From positions 24,182,433 to 24,246,432 of the forward strand of contig MU054187.1 of NCBI GenBank assembly GCA_013239625.1: a DNA stretch of 64,000 nucleotides. The letters are read 5' to 3'. Under the pieces are notes generated by a model, which made no database searches, had not been told where the DNA came from, and worked only from the letters and a program-made list of their open reading frames with translations. Every line of letters starts with the position of its first letter. Within the stretch, counting starts at the first letter, position 1. The position numbers and the translations under genes are program-made. The stretch comes from Lama guanicoe (lineage: Eukaryota). This document shows, in pieces, positions 50,815 to 64,000 of this stretch.

Positions 50815-53415
50815 TTAAAATGGAATGACAAAGAAAATAAACCAGGAGGAAGAGAGAAAAAGAAAAAGAAAGATATTTCAGCATGTGTTTGACCTAAAAC
50901 AACTATCAGTATAAAATAAGTAGACATAGCTGTACGTCAACATACATAAGTATCATGATATATTTAAAGTGCTGAAAGGGAAAAACCTACAACCTAAGGT
51001 AATCTACCCAGCAAGGTTTTCATTCAGAATTGAAGAAGGAATAAAGAACTTCTCAGATAACAAAAACTAAATGGACTCTGCAAGAAAAGTTAGAGTTTTT
51101 TCTCTAAGTGGAAAAGACTACAACAAGAATTAAGAAATTATATAAAAGGAAAAATCCCACTGGTAAAGGTAAATTTGAAGTAAAGACTGAACCAATCACT
51201 TCAATGGGCTAGAAAAAAATTTAAAAGACAAAAATTATCAAATTAATTATAACTACAATAAACAGCTAAGGGATAGACATGAAGAAATAAAATACTACAT
51301 CAAAAACACAAAATGTGGGGTAGAGGAGTAAAAGATGTAAATCTTTTAGAAGGGTTTGAACTTAAAAAGGAAGACCAGTTTTTTAAAAAGTAGATATAGT
51401 TTAGGGGAACATATATCAACCCTATGGCTACCAAAATCAGTAGCTGACAATAGATGCATAAAAACTAGAGAGAAAGGAACACAAGCATACCATTAAAGAA
51501 AACCATCAAACCACAAAGATAAATAAAAAGAGAAGTAAAGAAAAAAGAATAACTACAAATCACACAGAAAACAAGTAACAAAATGGCAATGAGTACATAC
51601 CTATTAATAATCAGTTTAAATGTCAATGAAATAAATGTTCTAATCAACACACATAGGACAACTGATTGTATATTTAAAAAAAATTAGATGCTGCTTGCAA
51701 AAGAGTCACCTCACACTAGAGACACACATAAACTAAAAATGAGGAGATGGAAAAATATATTTTATACAAATGGAAATTGTAAGAAGGATAGGGTAGAAAT
51801 ACTCAGACAAAATAGACTTTAAAATGAAGTTTATAACAAAAGACAAGGAAGGGAATTATATGATGAGAAAGGGATCAATACAGGAAAATGATATAATATT
51901 CATTAACATATAAGCACCTAATACAAGAACACCTAAATATGTTAAAAAAAATCAATGGACAAAAAGGGAGAAATTGACAATAATACAATAATAGTAGTAG
52001 ACTTTAACACTCCACTTACATCGATGGACAGATCATCCAGACAGAAAATTGTAAGGAAACAGTAGCCTTCAATAATACATTAGATCATTGGATTTAATAG
52101 ACACCTACAGGACATTTCATCCAAAAATAGTAAAAGTATATGCTCTTCAAGAACACATGGAATATCCTCCAAGACAGATCACATGCTAGGCCAGAAATCT
52201 CAACAAATTTAAGAGGATACACATAATATCAAGCATTTTTGCTGGTCACCACAGTGTGAAAGTAGAAATCAACTACAGAAACAAAAGTGGGAAAAACACA
52301 AACATATGAAGACAAACCAATATGCTACCAAAACACCAACGGTTCAATGAAGAAATCATAGAGGAAATCAGAAATACCTTGAGACAAAATGAAAACGAAA
52401 ACTTAACTTTCCAAAATCTATGGGATGAGCAAAAGCAGCTCTAAGAGGATATAAGCCTACCTGAAGAAATAAGAAAAATCTCAGTTTGTCATCTAAGTGA
52501 ATTAGAGAAAGAACAAAGTCCAAGGTCAGCAGAAGAAAGGAAGTTCTCAACGTCACTAACCACCTGGGAAATGCAGATCAAAAACACAATGAGATATTAC
52601 CTCATACCTGTCAGAATGACTATCATCAAAATGGCCACAAATAACAAATCTTGGCAAGGATTTGAAGAAAAGGCAGCCCTAGTACACTGTTGGTAGTAAT
52701 GTAAATTGGTATTGCTACTATTGAAAAAAGTTTGAATATTCCTCAAAATAAAAAAACACACCTAAAAATAGAACTACCATGTGATCTAAAAGCTCACTCC
52801 TGGGTATGTATCCAATGAAAACAAAAATACTGTTGTTCAAATATAGATATATATATTCACCCCAGTTTTCATAGTGGCATTATCTACAATAGCCAAGATA
52901 TGAAAGCAACATTAGTGTCCATCAACAGACAACTGGATAAAGAAATTGTAGTGTATATACATAGTTTACTCAGCTATTAAAATAAGTAATGAAAGTTTGC
53001 CATTTACAACAACGTGGATGATCCTGGGGTATTACGCTTAGTAAAATAATTCAGACAAAGAAAGACAAATACTGTATGTTACCACTTATATGTGTAAACT
53101 AAAAAATAAAACAAATAAATATACAAAATAGAAACAAACTCACAGATATAGAGAACAAACTAGTGATTACCAGTGGGAAGAGGAATGGGAGGAGGGGCAA
53201 GATAGGATTAGAGAATTAAGAGGTATAAACCACTATGAATAAAATAAATAATATATATACGAATATATTTTGTACCACACAGGGAATATAGTCAATACTT
53301 TAAAACAAGTTCAAATGTAACATAATATATAAAATATTAAATCACTATGTTATGATTAATATATTATAAACTAATAGGATATTATAAACCTACAATATTT
53401 AATAATTTAAAAAAT
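50815..53415 (+). mobile_element. Decayed LINE-1: ORF1 3' end, inter-ORF, ORF2 endonuclease, large internal deletion at ~52543, ORF2 3' end and 3'UTR
   Basis: gatatatttaaagtgctgaaagg (ORF1); atggcaatgagtacatacctattaataatcagtttaaatgtcaatg (ORF2 start, ~51582); gactttaacactccact (GDFN); agaagaaaggaag|ttctcaacgtcactaa jump; 3'UTR. Confidence 0.9.
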
Positions 53416-56400
53416 TCCATCTATGCTAAAGAGAGAGGGAGACTGCTTGCATAGATTTGAAAATGCTGGAACTGATCATGTGCATGGGACCAGCTGCCCC
53501 CTCAGAATAATATTCATTTCATTGTGGGGTACTGCTCTTTCTTCTGGGAATAGCAGGCACTCCCAGCAAAATGGGGGCCTCTAGCTTTAATTCTTCAGCA
53601 CCACGCTTTTCCAAGAAGTTACTCTTAGTATCACCTGCTACACAATTCTGGTATATTTGGGTAATTCTAAATGAGTTTCTTGAGAGGGATCATAAATCAT
53701 TGACTATTGAACTCTTCAAAGAAAGGTCTCCGTTGTAGGGTCCGACACTGCTAAACTCCTGTTCTTGGATTTGGTCATGCACCATTCCCCAGGTGTCCAA
53801 GCAGGGATGAGAATGCTGTCTATCACGACCTTTCCCCTGGCTTATTTACTAGATTGATGCTCTTATGCATGCCTATCTTTCATCTGGCTATGGCTTTGCC
53901 CAAGGATGTCCCATTCAATAAAGGACTTCTCCACTTAACTACAAAGAAATAATAAAACACTAAAGTTGACTATCGGATAAGGTCTTATGGTCTTCTAAAT
54001 AAATCAATAGTAAGAGATCCATACTTTGCTGAAATTATAAAAAGTGGGTCACATAGGGGCCCACACAAAACTGCTCGTCTCACTCTTGGTCTGTGTGCTT
54101 CCAACTAATAGAAACTATCCATCATTTTTTGGGTGCATTCCAAGAGTAAGGCAGCTGCAAAGTCATAAAGAACCAGCAAAATGAGGTTATTGAATTCTGT
54201 CATGTGAATGAATAGAAGTTATAATTTCCAAAAGTATTCTTCAAACCCTTATTTATATTGTATTATATTATACTATATGTTATAATCTTAATATTCAAAG
54301 AGAAGGCTTCAAACATAAGTTTAATTGTTCCCAGAAGAGGTGAGACCATTCACAAATATGAAGAGAAAAATAATAATAATTTTGAATATTTATTGCATGC
54401 TTACTCTATATCTAGTATAGCTCAAAATGCTATATTTATATTAGCTCGTTTAATACACACAATGTTCCCCTGAAGAATTGAGACACTATGGGAGAAATTA
54501 TGGCATAGAAAAGTTAAATATCTATAAGAAGTAGAGCCACAATTTGTACTAAATAACCTGGTTCTAGAGCACAAGCTCTTAACTAGCTTAATATTATGCC
54601 AAAAAAACCCCCCAAAATCCCAATAGTACCTAAATTTTAGTAGTTATTGCCTGAGATAGAGACATAGGGCTCCATCAGTTCCTTCTGATCCTTAGAACTC
54701 GAAGCTCCACAATTAGACTGAGTTTGGTATCTTGACAGTCACATTAAGTTATAATATAATTTGAATACATTTAGGAAGAAAGAACTACCAGGAAGAGAGG
54801 GTGAAATATTGACAATTCCGTACTTCTCTGAGTAGGAATAACACTTAAAATACAAACTTGATCCATCTCAGATAGAAACTGGGCTCGTAGATTTTTAATA
54901 GTTAAAGATTCCTATGAGCAGGCAGCTCTTCAATGAGTTTACAAATCAGAACATCCAACAGTTCTTTTCAGTAATTAGCTATGTGATTGGGAGTGTGTTA
55001 CTAATGCTGTCATAATTTAGTCATTTGCAAATGAGGATAAGAAGAGTACTTATATGCTGAGGTTCTGTTATAAATGAATTGATAGGTGTAAGATGCTTAG
55101 AAAATAACTGAGATACAGGAAACACTAGGAGAATACAGTGTTTGCATCATTCATTATTATTATCCAGAACTCTCAAACATTTTGGTCAGAGAAAGGTCAA
55201 ATAAATACCTACAGTGTTGTTCAGGCTTATGTTTTAGCCACGATTCCATACCCTCTCCCCCAGGAGTCTACTGGTTTCTTTTTGTAAGCAGGCGAGTGCC
55301 CACTAAGCTTCCGAAACTCTTTAGGATCTTGATATCTTCTTATACATTCCCAGTCTACCCACTCAGAAGCTAGAGGTGAAATTTTATCTCCATGCTGAGT
55401 TCAGTATCAGTAGTCCAAAATACCGAGAGAGCTCTCCACACTTCTACTGGCACCATCCCTGAGGTTTCTAGTCCAGTCTTTGGGACTCCACAAAGCTATT
55501 CTCCCTGCCTTCTCAACCTGGACGGCCACTTCCTTAGAAAACAGTTAGGTACACAATCTGATCTCAGTCACTCCTTAACAGACACACTTACTCACTGACA
55601 CTTTTGCCTCAGGGAGTTATCAAAGCTGATTGCCCCTAATTTCCATATGTAACAGTCACATACTTGTTAAATTATTTCCAAGTTTTCATCCTTTCTTTAC
55701 CCAATGTTTTGACACTTGTGATTTTTCTTCTCAACTCTGAACCTTGGTCCACTTGAAAAGAATTCTTATCCTCCAGCCCCATGTTTTAAAAATCTAAGCT
55801 AGGCTGCTTCAGGCTGCCATGAGAACTGGTCCTCCAAATTACAGAACTCCCAGTGAGTTGGCTTTCAAGTCCCACTCCAGGGACAATGCTTTGAGTACCA
55901 GGCAGTTATAAAAAACATCATTGAATGAATACGAAGTGCATAACATTAGCTATACAAAAAAAACTCACATGGAAATATTTCAATACTTTCCTATGTTCAA
56001 TTATGCTGCTTTACAAATAGTAATTTTTATGCACAAGGAGAAGAAATTAACCTATATTCAATGCATGATGACATTTTTTCAAATTCTGAAAACAATTGTA
56101 GTATAAATCCAAAATAGGATTTCTTATGAAGTTAGTGACTTATCCAAGGAATTTCTGAGGTTATAATGATCTAAGCTTTATTTTGAGATATGGGGAAATG
56201 CAAATAGTTAATGTGAACTTCCTGAACATCAAGCACAAACAGCTGGCATGAAGTCATCTTGGTGAATTTCAACTGTACGTATTCTTTGAAATATTTTATT
56301 GAACTAATAGAGCATATTTCAGGTCAGACATTATAACCAGTTTAAAAAATCAACTTTAGGTTGGGAAATAATTGTCCATGAAAATCTAACATTTTTGCAT

Positions 56401-56817
56401 AATCTGGATCTTCTGCACAAAGATGTTTATATGTAATTTAAGAATATTTCTATATAAGGTAACACTGTGGGATAGTGTAGTTTAAAGGTGTCTCCTTCCC
56501 TTAGGATATTCCAGAGTGGCAAGACCCCTTCCTAGTGATTTGCTTAAACTCTCAAGTAAAGCTAAGGTCCCTCTCTCTAGAGCTGATTGAGTAGTTCACC
56601 AGCTATTGTATATATGGTCAGAGTTTCCTGATTCTGAGGTTTAACTCCCCCCTCCCCAGTAATTTATTCTGTTGCATGTGCAGGTAACATTCAACCTTCC
56701 ATACATCACACTGTGGAGACTGGGACCCAGGAAACTGGTGTTATGAAGTTACACTGGCTGTTTCTGCTGGGAGTAAAAATCTATCTCTAACTAGACTACT
56801 TGTGATTGTATGTATAT

Positions 56818-57116
56818 TGTTTAGACTGAGTGTTTGTATTTCCCCCACCAAAAAAAATCATATGTTGAAATCCTCACCCAATGTGATGGATGAGGAAGTG
56901 GGACCTTTGGGAGAAGGGACACGAGAGCTTGCTCCTGCTCTCCCTGTCTCTGCTCCTTGCCATGTAAGTACACACAACAAGAAGGCCAACTGAAAACCAT
57001 CCACCAGCACCTTGATCTTGGACTTCCTAGCCTTCAGAACTGTGAAAATAAATTTTTGTTGCTTAATCCATCGAGTTCATGGTAATTTGTTATAGCACCC
57101 CAAACTGATTTAGACA
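56818..57116 (+). mobile_element. MaLR solo LTR (MLT1A/MST-like)
   Basis: catatgttgaaatcctcacccaatgtgatg...caccttgatcttggacttcctagccttcagaactgtga...ttgttatagcaccccaaactgatttagaca. Confidence 0.85.
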
Positions 57117-57129
57117 GAAACATATATAT

Positions 57130-57835
57130 CTGCAGACTCTTTACATTTTCTGACTTAACTTTAGTGAGAGATAAATTACATAAAATAAAATAATTTTAAA
57201 TGCAGCTTGATGAGCATTGACATATGTATACACATAAGTAACCACCACCATAATCATGATATTGAATATGTCCATCATCCAAAAATGTTTGCTTAGTCTC
57301 CTCCATGCCCTCAGGTATAGGTAACCACTGACATGTTTTATATACTATGGATTGGATTTATCTTTTCCAAAGTTTCATATAACTGGAATCATGCAGTGTG
57401 TATGCTTGTCTTTGGCTTATTTTATTCATGATATTTCTGAGATCCAATCATGTCATTTCTTATTATAATAATTCATTCCCTATAATTGTTGATTAGTATT
57501 CCAGAGTAGTCTCCAAGGTGTTTATGCCTTCCCCTATTGAGAAATAAATGGGCTGTTTTCCAGTTTGGAGCTCCTATGATTAATCTACTATAATTAGTTT
57601 CCAAATCTTTGTATGGAAACATGTTTTATTTCTCAGGTAGATATATAGGAGTTGAATGATTAGGTTGCACGGTAAGTGTATCATACTAGTTTTATGTAAT
57701 TCTGCCAAACAGTTTTCCAGGGTTATACTATTTCACCTTCTGTCAACAAAGTATGAGAGCTCCACTTGTTTCATTTCCTCTCTAAAATGTATACTGTCAG
57801 TCTTTTGAATGTAGCCATTTTAATGTGTGCTTAGG
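57130..57835 (-). mobile_element. Old L1M 3' end
   Basis: gtaaccaccaccataatcatgatattgaa...ggaatcatgcagtgtgta...tgccaaacagttttccag...tgtcagtcttttgaatgtagccattttaat. Confidence 0.8.
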
Positions 57836-57975
57836 GATGTTTCACATGCTAGATATTGTCAATTTCCCCTTGGCATCCATGTCTGTATTTTTCTGTTTTC
57901 TTTAGTCCCAAGCATGAAAGAAACTAGAAATCTAAAACTGCTTTTCTGAAATGTCCTTGTGGCATGCCTTCACAG

Positions 57976-58418
57976 TATAGTTTTGGTTCTTTTAATGGGA
58001 TTAATCTTTCTGCATTTGGAAGGTGTCGAGGAAGTGGAGACTATTCTGGGATGGTCTGATTGGACAAGTGGGCCTGGGGAGCAGCTGGATTCCATGTTCT
58101 CCTCCGTTTTACCGTATTTATGGATTTGAAGAAGCTGTGACATCAACAGTGTAGTGATTAAGACAGAAGCCAGTTCCTGACCTCTCGACCAGGTGCAGCT
58201 ATAGTATTGTATGTTCTTGCAATCAGAAGCAGAGTGGTAACTCCCTAACTTTTACTTCTTTAGACATCTGGTGATTTTGAAATCATTTAGGCCTTTTAAA
58301 ACTTTTCTGCTTAAAATATCTAGAGTAATTTCTATTATCTGAACTCTGATTGACTCGATAGATATTAAGAATGGGACAAAAATAAAATGAAATAAATAAT
58401 GTCTGTGAAATATAGACA
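57976..58418 (-). repeat. Right arm of a 443-bp inverted duplication
   Basis: tatagttttggttc...gtctgtgaaatatagaca is the reverse complement of 50372-50814. Confidence 0.95.
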
Positions 58419-58904
58419 AGATTTTTAAAGGTGGTTTAGCCCAATGTTCAGAACTTCTCTACTTTACTGCTTGATATCACTATTTCATCAGTGTAATAAC
58501 TTGCTAGCAAAAATCTGTTAGAAGTATACTAATGATGTTAATATTTATTGAGAGTTTACTGTGTACCAGCCACTGTAAGAATCAATTCAATACTTTATAT
58601 AGTCCTATGTCAGTCATAGTACAAGCATTGTTATCTTAAGTCCATTTTAGTATTTCTCTCTTCGTACCAGAAAGGATTTAAACTCAGGTATGTCTAAAAC
58701 CAAATTTAGAAAATTTCACTTCCACCATGTTACCTCTCTGGCAAAATTTGCCACTAATTATCATGTTCTACTTCATTGGGAAAAATAAATGTGCACTTCC
58801 CCAAATGCTTGGTCTCATCTACAAACTTACTTCCAATTTTCCTTCTTCTTTTCAGAGTTGTACCGAAAATGATTACTTTTTCTTTCTGTTTAAGAAAAGT
58901 CCCT

Positions 58905-59570
58905 AATTCAGCTATCATGTGATCCAAGAACCCGTCTTCTGGGTATATGTCCAAAGGAAATAAAATCAGTACCTCAAAGAAATATCTGCACTCCCATATT
59001 CATCACAGAATGATTCACAATAGCCAAAGTACTAAGCAAACTGAGTGTCGATTGATGGATGACTAGCTAAAGAAATTGTGGTTTGTACATATGATGGAAT
59101 GTTATCCAGCATTTAAAAATGGAGTTCTTGCCATTTACAACACCGTGGAGGAACCAGGAAGGCATTATGCTAAGTGAAATAAGACACATGCAGAAAGAAA
59201 TGTACTGCATGATTGTACTTATATCTAGATTCTAAAAAGTTGATTCACAGAAGCAGAGAGTGGAAAAGCAGTTACATGGGCAGGGAGGTGGGGAAATGAA
59301 GAGATGTTGGTCAGAGGGTACAAAGTTGCAGTTATGTTAAATAAATATGTTTTAGAAAGCTAATATACAGCATGATGACTATCATTAATATTACTGTATT
59401 GTACACTGGACATTTGCTATGAGGAGATTTCAGATGCTCTCTCAAAAAAAAGTAACCGATGTGAGGAGATAGATGTGTTAATTAGCCTGACTACAGTAAT
59501 CATGTCACTACATGTGTACACCAAAACATTACGTTGTACACCTTAAATATACAATTTTAACTTAAAATCC
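58905..59570 (+). mobile_element. L1MA/MB-like 3' end
   Basis: ttctgggtatatgtccaaaggaaataaaatcagtacctcaaagaaatatctgcactccc...gggtacaaagttgcagttatg...tgtacaccttaaatatacaatttt. Confidence 0.85.
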
Positions 59571-59654
59571 CCTATTAATTGTATATGATTAAGTTAAAGA
59601 GAACCAAAACTCAAAATAACAGTAAATAAAACAAAATTGATGTGTATTTCCTTT

Positions 59655-60310
59655 TATTTTGTATTTAAAACTTATAAAATTTATTTTAATTGAAATACAG
59701 TCAGTTACAATGTGTCAATTTCTGGTATATGGTTCAATGTCCCAGTCATGCATATACAGGAATATATTGGTTTTCATATTCATTTAAATTAAAGGTTATT
59801 ACAAGATATTGAATATAGTTCCCTGAGCTATACAGAGAAATTTGCTTTTTAATATATTTTTATATATAGTGGTTATCATTTGCAAATCTCAAACTCCCAA
59901 TTTATCCATTACCATCCCTTTTCCCCAGGTAACCATTAGATTGTTAATTATATCCTTTTCTGTTTTTTAGTGTTCTCTTTTTTTTTCCTTTTTTAGATTC
60001 CACATGAGTGATATTATATGATATTTTTCTTGCTCTTTCTGAATTACCTCACTTAGAATGACGATCTCTAGGTCCATCCATGTTGCTGTAAGTGACATTA
60101 TTTTATTATTTTTTATGGCTGAGTAGTATTCCATTGTATAAATATACCACAACTTCTTTATCCTGTCTTCTGTTGATAAACATTTAAGTTGCTTCCATAT
60201 CTTGGCTATAAATATACCACAACTTCTTATCCTGTCATCTGTTGATAAACATTTAAGTTGCTTCCATATCTTGGCTATTGTATATAGTGCTGCTGTGAAC
60301 ATTGAGGTGC
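59655..60310 (-). mobile_element. 5'-truncated L1 with a perfect 15-bp TSD, inserted in an MLT1-like LTR; contains a 70-bp internal tandem duplication
   Basis: ORF 59967-60302 (IYTMEYYSAIKNNKIMSLTATWMDLEIVILSEV). TSD attgatgtgtatttc at 59636-59650 and 60311-60325. Confidence 0.92.
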
Positions 60311-63214
60311 ATTGATGTGTATTTCTTTATTGTGTAAAGTTTGGGTGTAAGAACTCCAGGACTGGCTAGGAGGTTTTGCAAAACTACCAGAACTCAGACT
60401 CCTTCATTCCTGCTACTTCACAGGTCTTAGCATATAGCTTCTTTCTTATGATTGAGGACGACTGCTCAAACGCCAGCCATCTCTTCGCCATACTAAACAG
60501 CAGAAAAAAAGGAAGGACTAAAAAGGAAACTGGTGTCTTCCTCATTCTAAGGATACTTGCTAAAAATTGCACACACATCTCTGCTTAGAGTCTATTGGCC
60601 ATAAATTAGCCGCACATAATTGTAAGGGAGAGAGGAAGGTGGTGGCTAAGAATTTTTTTTTAATTTTTCTGAAGTCATAGGTCCACCTAAGAGTCAGAAT
60701 CTTGTAATAAGCAATTGGAAACAGGATCTTAAGGAGCAACTAGCAAAAACATCTACACACTCCATCTCTGTTCTACCTTCCATCTCATCTAAATGATCCA
60801 TTCTAAGAAATTCACTCTATAAATGTGTACAAATCCATCATGATACACGTGTCCAATTATCTGTGTCAAATTTAACTCTTCTGTCTCAATTTATGCCACC
60901 ATCTCCTCAAATTCTCTCGAACTCCAGACACTTGATAACCCATTTTTTATGCAAAACTCGGTATGTGTCTCTAAAGGTTCTACCAGATGAGCTACACTAT
61001 AGATAAGAACCACTACAAATAATACAGAATGAGGGATTTATTACAGAGATCCAACTCTAAGCAGGAGCAGAGGGTGTGAAGTCTATGCAAGGCAACTGTC
61101 TGAGTCTGAAGTAGAACCGGAAGAGGTATGACTCTTCTGGGCCCAAGGTCAGAAAAGAAAACAGAATGTGGAGGAAAGCAATGAGAAAACAGAACCAGAA
61201 AGAGGAGCTGGTGCTTGCATCCATCTTCAGCCTCTGCTGTCAGCTTCAGTGCTAGGATTGCCCTGTAGGAGAAGCTGACTGCTTTGAGCATAGATCTTCT
61301 TCTATGCCTGGCCCAGGATTTAGAGAATCCCGAGTGAAAGATGCTGCAAGCCTGCATATTGACCCATTCCAACAAGGTAAGCCAACATTGCCATATGCTT
61401 GGTGCCGCAGACCAACCTTCAAAGTATAAAACACTGTCACTGCTCCCACTTATGGCTGCCAAATCACATGCAAATTTATCTTGTGGGCATCCACAATCCA
61501 GAACAACACTAGAAAGAAGATGCTTGGAAAAGTAGGTAGAGCTCAGGTAAGCAGGCACAGTATAAACCTGTATGTGTTATTTGGGTCTCATTTTTAAAAC
61601 ATACATCTTCAAGATTCCTTTCCATAACTCTTAAGACTTGTCAAATTACTAAAATGTAGCTCTGTAGCACTTCTCCATTTTCTTCAGTTATATAACAGGT
61701 TTTTTCTTTCTTATTGCTCCTAATATTTGTCTTAAAAAATTTAAAAAAAAACTTTCACATTGGAAAAAAGGAAACTTCATCTTCTTTGATAAAGGAGTTA
61801 CTTCTGTAGTCTCTTAAAAGTTGATCATTTTTTTCCATCTTATCCCACTTAGAAGACTTTTTGGAATTTATGGAACTGATTTCATTGAATTATTTTGTTT
61901 GTACAATTTTAAAAATTAATTCTGTATTGTTCTTTCAATGTAGAGATTTTTTTTTTCTTTCCAAAGAGTAACTTCTGTAAAGAAAGAGAAAAGCAGAGAC
62001 CAATATGGTGGGTTAATTTTGAATCTCGACCTAGCCCATCCAGAGGCCTTGGATGGTTATTTTGCATTAGATATTTATCTTCCTTTACATACCTCTACTG
62101 AATACACGAATATTGGAAAGCAATGCACAGTTTTTGCTTAAAAAACTGTCCTTCATTATTTCATGTAACTAGAATTTATAAACAAGCATGTCAGGGTAAT
62201 CACCAATCAAAATCAATGAGTACTCTTTCTCAAGGTGCCTGTCCTCCATTAGTTTTCCTATATCTGTAGAAAAAAATACTTCTTGTGAAAGAAAAAACAT
62301 AAAGGGCAAAAGGTATACTTCTTACATAAAAATTAAATTTTTAAAGTTATTTCCAGCATACCCATTTTCACCCTATAGAAGTTTCTGTACTTTGTTGAAC
62401 TTAATTTTATAGGTAAAATGAATTGTTAGTTCAGAGATGCAAAGTCGGGACAATGGGATGGCACAAAGTGTTAAGTTTGAGTTTTATTAGTCTGATTTAG
62501 TTTCTGTTGGAAAATAATTTGCCACATTTTCTAACTTGCATTTCAGAAGTTTTTCAATGTATCTAAATATGAGTTGATTTTAAATATTATATATTTAAAG
62601 TCTATAAACAACTTGTCTCTTTCTACTCCTCCCATCAAATGTAAACTTTCCCACAGTTTTTCATGCTGGCCACATACTGAGCAAAGTGCCTTTTTGCTAC
62701 ATTGGAATCACCCTGTCATAAGCTTAGAAATGAATTAGTATCAAGATGGTTTTTCATCTTTGAAAAATGAACTGTGATTCTTTTCATAAAAAATAAATCG
62801 AGTATTATTTATTATACTTGACAAGCTACTCAGAAAGCTAGGCAACATTTGGTGATGTCCCCAGATAAAGATTTAGGTAACGTTCTTTAAATATGAGTCC
62901 CCAGTGAGCTCTTAGGACTTGGCTCTGTTTGTAATAGTTTTACCTCTGTTTTTGAAAAACAGTAAAAACTGAATCTGTTCATTAAAAAGCTGTCAGCCAA
63001 TTGAAATAGTTGTTGACTAAATTCTACATTTTTTCTTAGTACTTAGGCACATTAAATAGGTTGCAAAAATGAAACAACAAGCTCAGTGTATTTTTAAATC
63101 AACAAAAAATATGTAAGATTTTAAAATATTGTCTTTAAAACTCAAAGATCATTTTTTTTAAATAATAATTAAATAAAACATTCAAGTATTTGTTGTTTCT
63201 CAACAGGAAATATC

Positions 63215-64000
63215 ACTTTTTACATTGAAGTATAGTTGATTTAAAGTATTAGTTTTAGGTGTACAACATAGTGATTCAGTATTTTCACAGATTTTACTCC
63301 ATTAAAAGTTATTACAAGACACTGGCTGTAATTCTCTGTGTGCTGTACAATATGCCTTGTTGCTTGTCTATCTTGTACATAGTAGTTTGTATCTTTTAAT
63401 CCCATATCCCTGTTTTGGCCCTTTCCCCTTTCTTCTCCCAAATAGTAACAACTAGTTTGTCTTCTATATCTGTGAGTCTGTTACTCTTTTGTTTTGCATT
63501 TTAAAAAAATTTTTAGATCCCATATATAAGTGATATCATACATTATTTGTGTGTGACATTTTGCTAAGAATAATATTCTCTAGATCTGTCCATATAAGGC
63601 AGAATTTAATTCTTTTAATGGCTGAGTAATGCATCGTGTGTGTGTGTATAAAATTCTTTTTTATCCATTTATCTGCTGATGGACGTCTGTTGCTTTCATA
63701 TCTTGGCTATTATAAATACCGCAGTCATGATCATTGGGATGCTTGTATCTTCTTAACTTACTATTTTTGTACTTTCTGGATATATATCCATGAGTGGAAT
63801 TGCTGGATCATTTGGTAGCTCTGTTTTTAATTTCTTAAGGAACCTCCATGCTGTTTTCCATAATGACTGCACCAATTTACATTCCCACAACAGTATACTA
63901 GGGCTCCCTTTTCTCCACATCCTCGCTAACCTGTATTATTTATAGACTTTTTGATAATTGCCATTAGACTGCTGTGTGGTTATATCTCATTGTTTCTATA
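63215..64000 (-). mobile_element. L1 3' end continuing past the window edge
   Basis: attgaagtatagttgattta...gagtggaattgctggatcatttggtag...ctgcaccaatttacattcccacaacag. Confidence 0.92.

Noticed and set aside
53430..54210. Possible retroviral internal fragment
   Set aside because: The composition is suggestive but I could not read a diagnostic motif.
61013..61558. 181-aa minus-strand ORF
   Set aside because: No recognisable domain, and the region reads like an old LTR remnant.

Overview
AT-rich, repeat-dense mammalian genomic DNA with one 109-N assembly gap. The young L1 3' ends and the absence of Alu, PRE-1, Bov and SINEC SINEs suggest a camelid, but this is inference only. I cannot support an intact protein-coding gene. 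Most of the window is decayed LINE-1, L2/MIR, MaLR/ERVL LTRs, an ERVL pol remnant and Tigger-family DNA transposons. Two things stand out. (1) A GC/CpG-rich intronless retrocopy of BAIAP2 (IRSp53) on the minus strand (~27332-29040). It has a 2-nt frameshift after codon 10 but stays open for 529 codons from Met21. It lacks a BAIAP2 3'UTR and poly(A), and is fused to an unknown ~86-nt linker and to L1 pieces in both orientations, inside a degenerate candidate TSD. (2) A 443-bp inverted duplication, identical by eye (50372-50814 and 57976-58418), bracketing a 7.16-kb segment, consistent with a staggered-break inversion or a misassembly. Repeat family names and boundaries are from memory and approximate.
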